DNA from: Candidatus Bathyarchaeia archaeon
GTDB taxonomy: Archaea > Thermoproteota > Bathyarchaeia > Bathyarchaeales > Bathycorpusculaceae
Length of the DNA: 64,000 nt
NCBI GenBank assembly: GCA_050015395.1
Contig: JBEKBM010000003.1
Span: 32,001-96,000, forward strand
Reading direction: 5' to 3'
This document shows positions 48,825 to 57,301 of the stretch, in pieces. Positions within the stretch are counted from its first letter, which is position 1. Each line of letters opens with the position of its first letter. Under the pieces are notes generated by a model. That model saw only the letters and a program-made list of their open reading frames with translations. It did no database searches and was not told the origin of the DNA. The position numbers were made by a program, and so were the translations under genes.

Positions 48825-49441
48825 TGACCGAAAAGACCGAAAGGACCGAAAAGAAGCCATCATTATCACAAAAAGCACTTAAAGTTAGAGCACGCGCTAA
48901 AAACAAGAAACCAGCATTCGTGAGAGCTGAAAGCTGGAAGTATGATAGGTTCAGCTTAAGTTGGCGGAGACCCAGAGGATTAGATAATAAGATTAGACGA
49001 AAAATCAAGGGTTGGCCAGCTGGCGTAAGCGTTGGTTATAAGGGACCAAAAATCGCCAGAGGCTTGCATCCATCAGGATACAGGGAAGTTTTAGTTTACA
49101 ATGTAAAAGACCTATCCACTGTTGACCCTAATACTCAAGCCGCACGCATAGCGCACACAGTCGGCAAAAGAAAGCGCGCCCTAATTATTGCCGAAGCCAA
49201 AAAACTTAACATTAAAATCTTAAATTTCAAAGCTTCACCAGAAACTGAAAAGAAAGAAGAACAAGCAACCGAGGGCGAAGAGCAGACGGAAGAGCAAAAG
49301 GTCAAGAAAGAAGAGAAAGAATTAGAAGATGTCTTCAAAAACGACACGGCAGTGGAAGCGGAAGATAAAAAGGTCGAGGAAGAAGAGGAGACGCCGAAGA
49401 AAACCGAGCCTAAACCTGAGGAGGAAGAAGAGGAACAATGA
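48824..49441 (+). CDS. rpl32e: 50S ribosomal protein L32e with acidic tail
   Basis: WRRPRGLDNK, RGLHPSG; Glu-rich C-terminus. Confidence 0.95.
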   Translation: MTEKTERTEKKPSLSQKALKVRARAKNKKPAFVRAESWKYDRFSLSWRRPRGLDNKIRRKIKGWPAGVSVGYKGPKIARGLHPSGYREVLVYNVKDLSTVDPNTQAARIAHTVGKRKRALIIAEAKKLNIKILNFKASPETEKKEEQATEGEEQTEEQKVKKEEKELEDVFKNDTAVEAEDKKVEEEEETPKKTEPKPEEEEEEQ

Positions 49442-49893
49442 CAGACCTAAGCAGTCAGAGACGGTTAGCGGCTCAAATCTTAAAGATTGGGCAAAACCGC
49501 GTGTGGATTGATCCTGAACGGATGGATGATGTTGATGGCGCAATTACACGTGAAGAAGTAAGAAAGCTAATTCATGAGAAAATCATCGATTCTCTGCCTG
49601 AGAAAGGCGTAAGCAGATCCAGAGCAAAGATTATCCGAGAGAAAAAGCGTAAGGGCAGGCGTAGCGGTCCCGGCAGCATCACTGGCGCTGGCCATGCTAA
49701 GGTAACTAAGAAAGAGGCATGGATGAAAAAGATCAGGTCTCTGAGGCGCAAGCTTCGCGAGTTGAAGGCAAGCAGAATCATAACTGAAAAAACATACAGC
49801 CAGTATTACAGGATGGCTGGCAGCGGAAGGTTCCAGTCTATGGCTGAACTGGAGCGCAATTTAAAAGCTAATGATTTATGGAGGAAACGTTAA
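49438..49893 (+). CDS. rpl19e: 50S ribosomal protein L19e
   Basis: QRRLAA, RVWIDP, AITRE. Confidence 0.96.
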   Translation: MTDLSSQRRLAAQILKIGQNRVWIDPERMDDVDGAITREEVRKLIHEKIIDSLPEKGVSRSRAKIIREKKRKGRRSGPGSITGAGHAKVTKKEAWMKKIRSLRRKLRELKASRIITEKTYSQYYRMAGSGRFQSMAELERNLKANDLWRKR

Positions 49894-49894
49894 G

Positions 49895-50548
49895 ATGGCA
49901 AAAAGCGGCAATTACCGTGTCAAATTAAGACGCAGACGGGAAGGAAAAACTGATTACCAAGCGCGGAAGGCTCTGGTTATTTCTAGAAAGCCTCGGCTTG
50001 TTACTCGAGCATCACTAAAGAATGTTACAGTACAAATAACGATTGCTAAACCGCATGGTGATGAGATTTTAGCTTCAGCCAACAGCCGTGAACTCGTCAA
50101 AAATTACGGTTGGAAGGCTCCAACAGGCAATATTCCCGCAGCCTATCTTACAGGTTTACTTTGCGGTTTAAAGGCGAAAGCTAAAGGCGTTGAACAAGCA
50201 ATCTTGGATATTGGCTTGTTTTCTCCCACCAAAGGCTCAAAAATCTTCGCTATACTGAGCGGGGTTTTGGATGCTGGTGTAGATGTTCCTCACAGCGAAG
50301 AGAAGATTGTTAAGGAACGCATGAAAGGCGAACACATAGTCAAGTACGCTAAAAGCTTAGGCTCTGGGTCTGAAGAGTATACTGCCAAATTCTCAAAGTA
50401 CACAGCGCAGGGTATTGCGCCTGAAAAAATCTCTGAGCACTTCGATAAAGTGAAGGCTGAAATCACAGGCTCATTTAAGGCTGCCAAACCAGCAACTGAA
50501 GCTGCACCAAAAGAAAAGGCAAGTAAGAAAGGTGGAAAGAAAGCATGA
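49895..50548 (+). CDS. rpl18p: 50S ribosomal protein L18
   Basis: RRRREGKTDY, AAYLTGL. Confidence 0.96.
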   Translation: MAKSGNYRVKLRRRREGKTDYQARKALVISRKPRLVTRASLKNVTVQITIAKPHGDEILASANSRELVKNYGWKAPTGNIPAAYLTGLLCGLKAKAKGVEQAILDIGLFSPTKGSKIFAILSGVLDAGVDVPHSEEKIVKERMKGEHIVKYAKSLGSGSEEYTAKFSKYTAQGIAPEKISEHFDKVKAEITGSFKAAKPATEAAPKEKASKKGGKKA

Positions 50549-51189
50549 GTCGAATGCACAGAGAAAGACAAACTAACTTAGAAACTTGGGTTCCAAAAAC
50601 CCGTTTGGGCAAGATGATTCAGGAAGGCAAAATAACAACCATTGAAGATGTCTTCCTTAGCGGCATAAAAATTTCTGAGCCCCAAATCGTTGACTCGTTA
50701 ATTCCTGATCTTCAAGAAGAAGTCATAAACGTTAACTTAGTACAGAAGCAAACTGATGCTGGCGAAAAATCCCGTTTCAAAGCCATAGTTGCCGTTGGAA
50801 ACAGAGACGGCTACATTGGCTTAGGCTCAGGAAAAGCCAGTCAAGTGCGAAACGCCATTGAGAAAGCTGCTGTGAATGCTCGCCTAAACATTATTCCAGT
50901 AAAACGCGGATGCGGAAGTTGGGAGTGCGGTTGCGGTAAACCTCATTCAGTTCCGTTCCAAGTTGAAGGGAAATGCGGCGGCGTACGAGTGGTTATTGTT
51001 CCGGGACCCAGAGGCTTAGGCTTAGTTTCAAGTGAAGTAGCCAAAGTCATCTTTGGCTTAGCTGGCGTGAAAGACTTGTGGATGAGAAGTTTTGGTTCAA
51101 CACGGACAGTGCCGTCTTACGCGTATGCGATCTTTGATGGTTTACGGAAGACTTATAATTTGATTACTCAAGTGGACTGGGTGAAGTAA
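50545..51189 (+). CDS. rps5p: 30S ribosomal protein S5
   Basis: WVPKTRLG, VQKQTDAG, RGCGSWE, PGPRGLGL. Confidence 0.96.
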   Translation: MSRMHRERQTNLETWVPKTRLGKMIQEGKITTIEDVFLSGIKISEPQIVDSLIPDLQEEVINVNLVQKQTDAGEKSRFKAIVAVGNRDGYIGLGSGKASQVRNAIEKAAVNARLNIIPVKRGCGSWECGCGKPHSVPFQVEGKCGGVRVVIVPGPRGLGLVSSEVAKVIFGLAGVKDLWMRSFGSTRTVPSYAYAIFDGLRKTYNLITQVDWVK

Positions 51190-51190
51190 G

Positions 51191-51679
51191 ATGGCGCAGA
51201 AAACTGAAGAGTGCAAGTGCCTTGTCGTCGTTAAAGTTCGTGGTACAATTAGTGCCCAGCGAGAAACACGAGAAACCCTTGAATTCTTGCATTTACTGCA
51301 TACCAACCATGCAGTACTCATTGATAGCCGACCATCATACAAGGGAATGCTGCAACGCGTAAACAGCTACGTCACATATGGCGAACCCTCAAAAGAAACC
51401 GTTGCCATGATGCTTCAGAAACGCGCAAGGTTAGCAGGCGACAAAAAACTAACAGATGAATACATCAAGAAAGCAGGATACAAATCCATCGATGACCTTG
51501 CAGAAGCCATAGTAAACTGCAAAGTGCAATTCCAGAAACTTCCAGATGTGCAGCCACTATTCAAGTTGCATCCGCCAAGCAAAGGCTACAAGGGCAAAAC
51601 CAAGAAAGGCTTCAAAGCAGGCGGCGAAGCAGGCTACCGCGGAGAAGCAATAAACGAACTAGTAAAACGCATGATTTAA
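51191..51679 (+). CDS. rpl30p: 50S ribosomal protein L30
   Basis: GMLQRV, FKLHPP, GYRGEAINEL. Confidence 0.95.
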   Translation: MAQKTEECKCLVVVKVRGTISAQRETRETLEFLHLLHTNHAVLIDSRPSYKGMLQRVNSYVTYGEPSKETVAMMLQKRARLAGDKKLTDEYIKKAGYKSIDDLAEAIVNCKVQFQKLPDVQPLFKLHPPSKGYKGKTKKGFKAGGEAGYRGEAINELVKRMI

Positions 51680-51805
51680 TCTCCCGTTTAAACATAGTTT
51701 TTTTTATTTAGCTTAAATTTTTTAGGTAAATCTTAAATGCAAAGAGCCGACTAGAGAGAATAACTAAGCACGGTGAGAAAATGGATTTAGTTGAGGTTTC
51801 ATTTA

Positions 51806-52360
51806 ATGGCTAAAGCTACAATTATTGCGGAAGGTTGGATTCAAAGCGTTGGGTACCGTGCTTTCGTTAAACGTGTTGCTAGTCAGCTTGGATTAAAGGG
51901 GCTTGTGAGGAATTTGCCTGATGGAATGGTTGAAATTTTTTGTGAAGGCGATTTGCCCAAGATTGACCTGCTTTTGAAAAAGATGGATTATAAGGGCAAA
52001 AAAGACGATGCCTTGAGCGCTTATGTTGAAAACTTGAGCATTTACAGAGAGGGTGAGAAAGGATACGTTGGTCCTTGGAAAGAATACAAGGGATTTGAAA
52101 TTGATTATGGTTTTAACGTTGCTTCGCCTGTAGATCGGGCACTAATTGAGTACTTAGAAAGCGGAACGTTGTATGTTGTTTCTTTAAAAGACGAATTTGC
52201 AATGTATAGAAAAGAAACAAATGATAACTTTGAAACGATGGAAGCAAAATATAGTTCAATTTCTGAAGAGATGAAGAAAATAAATATAACTTTAGAAAAG
52301 CTTGCAGATGCCTACGTAAAAAGACAATCACAAACTGTCTGCGCCTTTGGCTTGAATTAA
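51806..52360 (+). CDS. Acylphosphatase-domain protein with C-terminal coiled coil
   Basis: GWIQSVGYR...GLVRNLPDG.VE; helical C-terminal extension. Confidence 0.75.
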   Translation: MAKATIIAEGWIQSVGYRAFVKRVASQLGLKGLVRNLPDGMVEIFCEGDLPKIDLLLKKMDYKGKKDDALSAYVENLSIYREGEKGYVGPWKEYKGFEIDYGFNVASPVDRALIEYLESGTLYVVSLKDEFAMYRKETNDNFETMEAKYSSISEEMKKINITLEKLADAYVKRQSQTVCAFGLN

Positions 52361-52624
52361 AACTGCAAATCTAAAAGCCAGAATTACCATGCTGATTTAG
52401 CGTTTGAACGCTATCGCTTTAGTTCGCTAACTGACTAATTTTGATGCATGAGATAGCTAACTTAATTTTTTTTTTGATTTTTTGATAGTGATAGACTCCG
52501 AGTGCTTGAGTTTTTTGACCGCGGAATTCGCGCGCGCTTAATCCACAGCTAATAAGCCCATCTCCTTAAAAGCAGCCGAGAAAACAATTAAAGGGCGGGC
52601 AACTGAGCCCGATTCTTTTGTTGA

Positions 52625-52666
52625 TGGTGCCGAGGGTGGGACTTGAACCCACGAAGGTCTACGCCA
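52625..52666 (-). repeat. 3' end of tRNA-Leu(UAA) (att-like distal copy)
   Basis: tggtgccgagggtgggacttgaacccacgaaggtctacgcca. Confidence 0.85.
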
Positions 52667-52671
52667 AATGT

Positions 52672-53025
52672 CTAGCCTGTTTTAATAGCAATCGGCTTCT
52701 CGCTTTCTTCAACCTGTTTTTCCATTGCCTTTCTTGAAATAGTCATATCAAGCCTAATCAATTGTTTCACAATGTCGTTAGCTCTGTCAAGCTTGTACAG
52801 CGTTGCTCTTCCGATTTTACGGGTTGCTATCAGAGATCCCGACTGCTCAAGTTCTTTCCAATACTTGAAAAACGTTGCCCTGCTCATAGCGAGATTTTTT
52901 GCCGCCTCATTTTTTGAGTAATCAGAAAGCGGGTTATCTAAGAAGAAATCGATGATTCTTAACGTTGGGCTATCTCCCAAGTATTTGAGCAATAGTGTTT
53001 CATCCGCTTTGTAAGCCGTTCCCAT
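52672..53025 (-). CDS. Winged-helix DNA-binding protein
   Basis: LRIIDFFLDN...SRATF...TRKIGRATLYKL. Confidence 0.8.
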   Translation of the reverse strand: MGTAYKADETLLLKYLGDSPTLRIIDFFLDNPLSDYSKNEAAKNLAMSRATFFKYWKELEQSGSLIATRKIGRATLYKLDRANDIVKQLIRLDMTISRKAMEKQVEESEKPIAIKTG

Positions 53026-53038
53026 ATCAAAACACCTG

Positions 53039-53401
53039 CTAACGGTAACTAAACCTTGCGTCCTTAGGTGTTAAGTCCAACGCGTCGGCGATCATTTCCT
53101 TAACGAGCGGCCTTTTTCTAACTTTTTGAAACTCCTCAGGAGTATACATTAGCAGATCCAACTCTTCAACAAATGACCAATATTCCAGAAGTATCTTTCC
53201 CCGCTCAAGACTGGTTAGACCCATGAAGCTTTTCGAAACAACTATCAAATCGATGTCGCTATCTGTTTTTCTTTTTTGTTTGGCTGTTGAGCCGAAAAGA
53301 AAGACTTTTTCAAGTCCTATTTTTGCATCAACAACTTTCAGAAATTCTTTCAGTTTATCCATTAAGGGCCTGTTGTCGTCAAGCACTAAAGCCTTCGTCA
53401 A
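53039..53401 (-). CDS. Minimal nucleotidyltransferase (MNT) antitoxin
   Basis: LFGSTA...SDIDLIVVS...YTPEEF. Confidence 0.88.
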   Translation of the reverse strand: MTKALVLDDNRPLMDKLKEFLKVVDAKIGLEKVFLFGSTAKQKRKTDSDIDLIVVSKSFMGLTSLERGKILLEYWSFVEELDLLMYTPEEFQKVRKRPLVKEMIADALDLTPKDARFSYR

Positions 53402-53826
53402 GTCCTTTCCTCCTCAATCCTTGCCTTAATAACTTTGATGATGGGCAAAGCTTTTGTCATGAATTCATCCACGACGGCTTTAGTGTAGATATCACTGGGC
53501 AGTTCAAGAGTAGCATCAAAATATCTCGTTTCTCGAACGGCCAATGATAGTTGTCTGAGAAAACGAATTTGCTCTTCGGTTAGTTCGACCTTGTCAGCTA
53601 TTTTCGAATGTAATTCAACCAAATTATGCACCTTAGGAGGAGCCGCTTTCTTCAACACAACGATAGCTGCCTTCAAGGATTTTTCAACAGTCAAATGAAG
53701 CCAGAAAGCTACGACGGGATATGCCTCGCAGCTAATAACTTTCTCCAGCATTCTTAAAGAATCATCCAAATCCTTAAGCCATAATTGAATGTATTCATTA
53801 GAGAATGTGCTAGTTTTTTTTGTCAT
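53398..53826 (-). CDS. HEPN-domain protein (toxin partner of MNT)
   Basis: H..VEKSLKA...PKVHNL...TRY; ATG at 53826 (the track ORF extends into the tRNA copy). Confidence 0.85.
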   Translation of the reverse strand: MTKKTSTFSNEYIQLWLKDLDDSLRMLEKVISCEAYPVVAFWLHLTVEKSLKAAIVVLKKAAPPKVHNLVELHSKIADKVELTEEQIRFLRQLSLAVRETRYFDATLELPSDIYTKAVVDEFMTKALPIIKVIKARIEEERT

Positions 53827-53889
53827 TTGACTCTGAGTACAAGATAACTTTCTTACTATTTTGATTTTTCTATCTTCCAAAATTACGGC

Positions 53890-53955
53890 GGTGCCGGGGG
53901 TGGGACTTTTGAACCCACGAAGGCCTGCGCCAGAGGATCTTAAGTCCTCCTCCAT
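53890..53955 (-). repeat. Copy of the whole 3' exon of tRNA-Leu(UAA) (att-like)
   Basis: Identical to 55701-55764 apart from a 2-nt insertion in the T-loop. Confidence 0.9.
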
Positions 53956-54180
53956 CTCGATTATGAGAGAGGTATTCTCAAAAAAACTTTAAGCAGAGGA
54001 ATGACTAGGACTGAACAAGCCTTTAGAAAAAGAACTTGGTGAGTATTTATCAGAAAAACGAGGCTGGCCATGGACTCTTACTTGCTTTATTATTAACTCA
54101 TGCAACGAAAGCAATAAAGACAAGATTAAATGAGACGTTTTTCTTCTTTAAGCGTGTGTTATCTATTTGATTTTAATTAA

Positions 54181-55422
54181 CTATTTCAGATTGTGCATCT
54201 TTTTGAAATCATAAATATTCGCTTGGTAATTCCTAGTTTTGAATTTTGCTATTTTTTCAGATATCTTCTCGGTTCCAAAATCCATGAACTTATCTGCAAC
54301 AGCGTAACCTAATCCGGCTAGTAAACCCAACTTGCCAATAGGTCCGGCAGCTACACTACCAATAGCGGCCATCGAAAGAGGAATTCCAACCTGCAAATTT
54401 TTTATTCGGTTAACTATTGTTTTATCGTTCCAGATTGAGTCCAGTATTTCCGAAAAATCTCTAACATTCTCATTTATCAAGTCTGGTTTCCCCACCACAA
54501 TTGCCTCGTTCAATGATTCTTGTACTTTTTTTAGGTCATATGAATCATAATGATACATGATATCCTTGCAGGCGTCAAATCCCATGGGGGCATACGTTAA
54601 CTTGTTTAGGAGAAATTTTCCTATCTCGCACGGAAGCTCTATTTTAGGCTGATAGGGCTTTGGCAATATTTTAGCGTCGATTATGTCGCTGAGCGTGAAG
54701 CTCTGTACGTCGCAAAGAAAGTCACCAATTGGGTTAGTAATGAACATTCGGCATTCGGTAAGCAGAGAATCAGCCTCTTCAGGGTTATCTATCATTAGGT
54801 TCTCAATATCCTCGGCTATGGGAAAGTGACAAGTTTTTAGGGTTACATAAGTGTGATAATCGTCAACTAAAACTTCCTCAAATAAGTGAGATTGATAGAT
54901 GTTTAGCCGCTTAAGCCAATCAAAGTACTTAATTTTACCTATCGAAGTAAAGGATTCATATGCTTTCTTAACCTCTACACGATTGGCCCAGCAAGAAAGC
55001 GGCGCAACCACATACCATGGAGGATTCAACTGCTCAAAAAAAGTATCCAAGTGACTCTTGCCCTCATAAAAAAGCGGATCGTTAATTAGTACAAATTGTA
55101 TTTTGCCGGTTTCCTTGACAAAATCGATTAGTTTCTGGGCTTCCTTTATCTTAAAAAAACTACTTTCATAAACTTCTAATGGCCAAGGTGCGAGTGGCAG
55201 AATAAGGGAACCACAAAAAGGAATTTGAGCCCATACATTGTTGATTTGAGCACTTTCTAGCGAAGTCATTGCCACAGGTTTTTGTAAATTAAAAAAGCGT
55301 TCTCTTGGAGGGTACTTGTCTTTTGTGCCATCGAATTGACCATTTTCTATTCGCTTTACCAACAATCTATTGTAAATGTCCAACTCTTTCTGCTTATATT
55401 CTTCAAGATACTTTCGATCCAA
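54181..55422 (-). CDS. Hypothetical 413-aa protein, possible C-terminal membrane hairpin
   Basis: Long AT-rich ORF bracketed by tRNA-Leu copies; GIPLSMAAIGSVAAGPIGKLGLLAGLGY segment. Confidence 0.75.
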   Translation of the reverse strand: MDRKYLEEYKQKELDIYNRLLVKRIENGQFDGTKDKYPPRERFFNLQKPVAMTSLESAQINNVWAQIPFCGSLILPLAPWPLEVYESSFFKIKEAQKLIDFVKETGKIQFVLINDPLFYEGKSHLDTFFEQLNPPWYVVAPLSCWANRVEVKKAYESFTSIGKIKYFDWLKRLNIYQSHLFEEVLVDDYHTYVTLKTCHFPIAEDIENLMIDNPEEADSLLTECRMFITNPIGDFLCDVQSFTLSDIIDAKILPKPYQPKIELPCEIGKFLLNKLTYAPMGFDACKDIMYHYDSYDLKKVQESLNEAIVVGKPDLINENVRDFSEILDSIWNDKTIVNRIKNLQVGIPLSMAAIGSVAAGPIGKLGLLAGLGYAVADKFMDFGTEKISEKIAKFKTRNYQANIYDFKKMHNLK

Positions 55423-55699
55423 AACGCCAACCTGACCTTCTTCTCAAATGTATTGTTCTTTATCCATATTAGGTTTTATAAAATGGTCAAAAAGGAGCTT
55501 ACTCATTCTTTTCTAAAATTTATGGCTTTTTAAGTATATCTGCTACGCTGATATTCAGGGGAAGCGCTATCTCCGACGCTATTTTCAGTTTTCCCCATTA
55601 ACGCAAGAATCGGAAGGGCTGTTTTGCAACATGATTCATGAACTGGGCAGAAGAAAGATCTCAATCTAAGGGATAAACCCAAAACCATTTTTGCCATAG

Positions 55700-55823
55700 T
55701 GGTGCCGGGGGTGGGACTTGAACCCACGAAGGCCTGCGCCAGAGGATCTTAAGTCCTCCTCCATATCTTAGGCAATCAATTTTTTCTGGCTGCCTATTTG
55801 GACCTGGCTCGGGTACCTACTGC
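55700..55823 (-). tRNA. tRNA-Leu(UAA)-like gene with non-canonical D-arm intron (55763-55797) and poorly paired acceptor stem (possible pseudogene)
   Basis: GAGGA-CTTAAGA-TCCTC arm, variable arm, T arm and CCA intact; intron hairpin TAGGCA/TGCCTA with BHB-like ends; 5' GCAGTAGG vs 3' CCCCGGC. Confidence 0.7.
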
Positions 55824-56081
55824 GTCCGCACCGTTTCATGCAACGATTATGGAGCTTTGGGTTTTGCTTGGAGCCTCGTGCTGAATAGCTGAAATACATC
55901 TGGCCTAGCTTAACCAAAGCCTTTGCTTCCTGTAAGCTGTGAGTTGCAGATGAAACGTCCGCCAAAACCACCCTTCGCTTTACTCCGATCCCTGCCGTAT
56001 CATCCGGAAAAAAGCCTAAAACGCCAAAATAAAAACGTCAACCCAGAAAACCCACCCGTTCAAAACAGGCAGCCACACAAA

Positions 56082-56186
56082 AAAGTCGCAACCCGCAAAG
56101 ATTCAAACCCCAAACCGAAAAAGCAACCCAAAACACAAAAAGCCAAGCCTGAAAGTCGCAACTTTCACCAAACCAAAAGTCGCAAC
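56082..56186. repeat. Three copies of AAAGTCGCAAC
   Basis: At 56082, 56152 and 56176. Confidence 0.75.
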
Positions 56187-56418
56187 TTAAAAATATCTGG
56201 CAAAAGGAAATCAAAAAACCTCCAAAAATCCTCAAATCCATCGCAGAAGCCTCAAAAAAACGAAAACTGACCCATAAATGAAACCGTCAATTTCCACGCA
56301 ATCATCATTTTCATGAGTAAACTGCTTCAGGGCTAATGCGCGTTTTCTCACTGTTTATGTGCGATACGTTTTATAGTGGGAGTGAAGAAATTCGTTAGTT
56401 AATTGGAGGGGGAAAGAC

Positions 56419-56877
56419 ACGAGCGCAAAATGGCGTAGAAGCACAAAAAACCGTAAATGGCTAGATTTTAACAACCAAGCAGCAAAAAGCAAAAAACAAC
56501 GAATAATTCAACCTGAACATGCTTACCGTCTAAAATCAATATCTGTTCACTCAAGCTTTCGGCCATCTAAAAGCTTTGCTGAACGCAATTTCCAAGAGCA
56601 AAAACCGTTAATCGATATATTCCAAGAAAATAATTATATAACGATTGTAGCGGAAATCGCAGGCTTTAATAAGGAAACCCTCAAAATTCATGTAAAGAAT
56701 CAAAAACTTATCCTCTCGGCGAAGTCGAAAGATCGCAGATACTATAAAAGTTTAAATCTGCCGAAGGTAGTGATTCCAGACGTTATGTACACCAAATTCA
56801 AGAATGGTGTGCTAGAAATAAAGTTAAAAAAAGCTGAAACAGCAATAAATAAAGAAGCTGATCAAAATGCCGCATAA
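56419..56877 (+). CDS. Hsp20 family protein with apparent ACG start (not in ORF track)
   Basis: KPLIDIFQ...IVAEIAG...YYKSLNLP...FKNGVLEIKL; GGAGG SD 9 nt before ACG; upstream in-frame TGA and no canonical start before the domain. Confidence 0.75.
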   Translation, partial: TSAKWRRSTKNRKWLDFNNQAAKSKKQRIIQPEHAYRLKSISVHSSFRPSKSFAERNFQEQKPLIDIFQENNYITIVAEIAGFNKETLKIHVKNQKLILSAKSKDRRYYKSLNLPKVVIPDVMYTKFKNGVLEIKLKKAETAINKEADQNAA

Positions 56878-57292
56878 ATTAAGAAAAATACGGAAATTTA
56901 GAGGTTCAAGGACAGTAGGCTACGGAAGGGTAGGTCAACACCGAGACTCAGGGTCCAAGGGGCATAGGAAAGTTGGACGGCACAAGCACTTATGGAGCTA
57001 TGTTACAACCTATGAACCTGATTATTTCGGTAAAAATGGCTTCACCTCACCCCAAAGTCTTCATCGCCACGAAAACACGATTAACCTCAAAAAGGTAGAA
57101 GAAATAGCACAAACAAGTCAGCAGGAAAATCCTCAAATCGACCTGACAGCCTTAGGCTACACAAAACTTTTAGGCACAGGTAAAGTCACAAAACCTCTAA
57201 CTGTACAAGTGTCATCATACTCAAAATCGGCGGCTGAAAAAATCAAAAAAGCAGGCGGAGAAATCGTAGGTTCCCCAGTCAACGGAGAGTAA
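56867..57292 (+). CDS. rpl15p: 50S ribosomal protein L15
   Basis: RGSRTVGYG, YFGKNGF, KLLGTG, EKIKKAGG. Confidence 0.96.
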   Translation: MPHKLRKIRKFRGSRTVGYGRVGQHRDSGSKGHRKVGRHKHLWSYVTTYEPDYFGKNGFTSPQSLHRHENTINLKKVEEIAQTSQQENPQIDLTALGYTKLLGTGKVTKPLTVQVSSYSKSAAEKIKKAGGEIVGSPVNGE

Positions 57293-57301
57293 AGCTACTA
57301 A

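Noticed and set aside
53827-53955. N-terminal extension of the HEPN ORF
   Set aside because: It reads through the tRNA-derived repeat; ATG 53826 fits the HEPN domain start.
55923-56270. 115-aa K/P/N-rich ORF
   Set aside because: Product of A/C-skewed intergenic sequence; no SD or recognisable domain.
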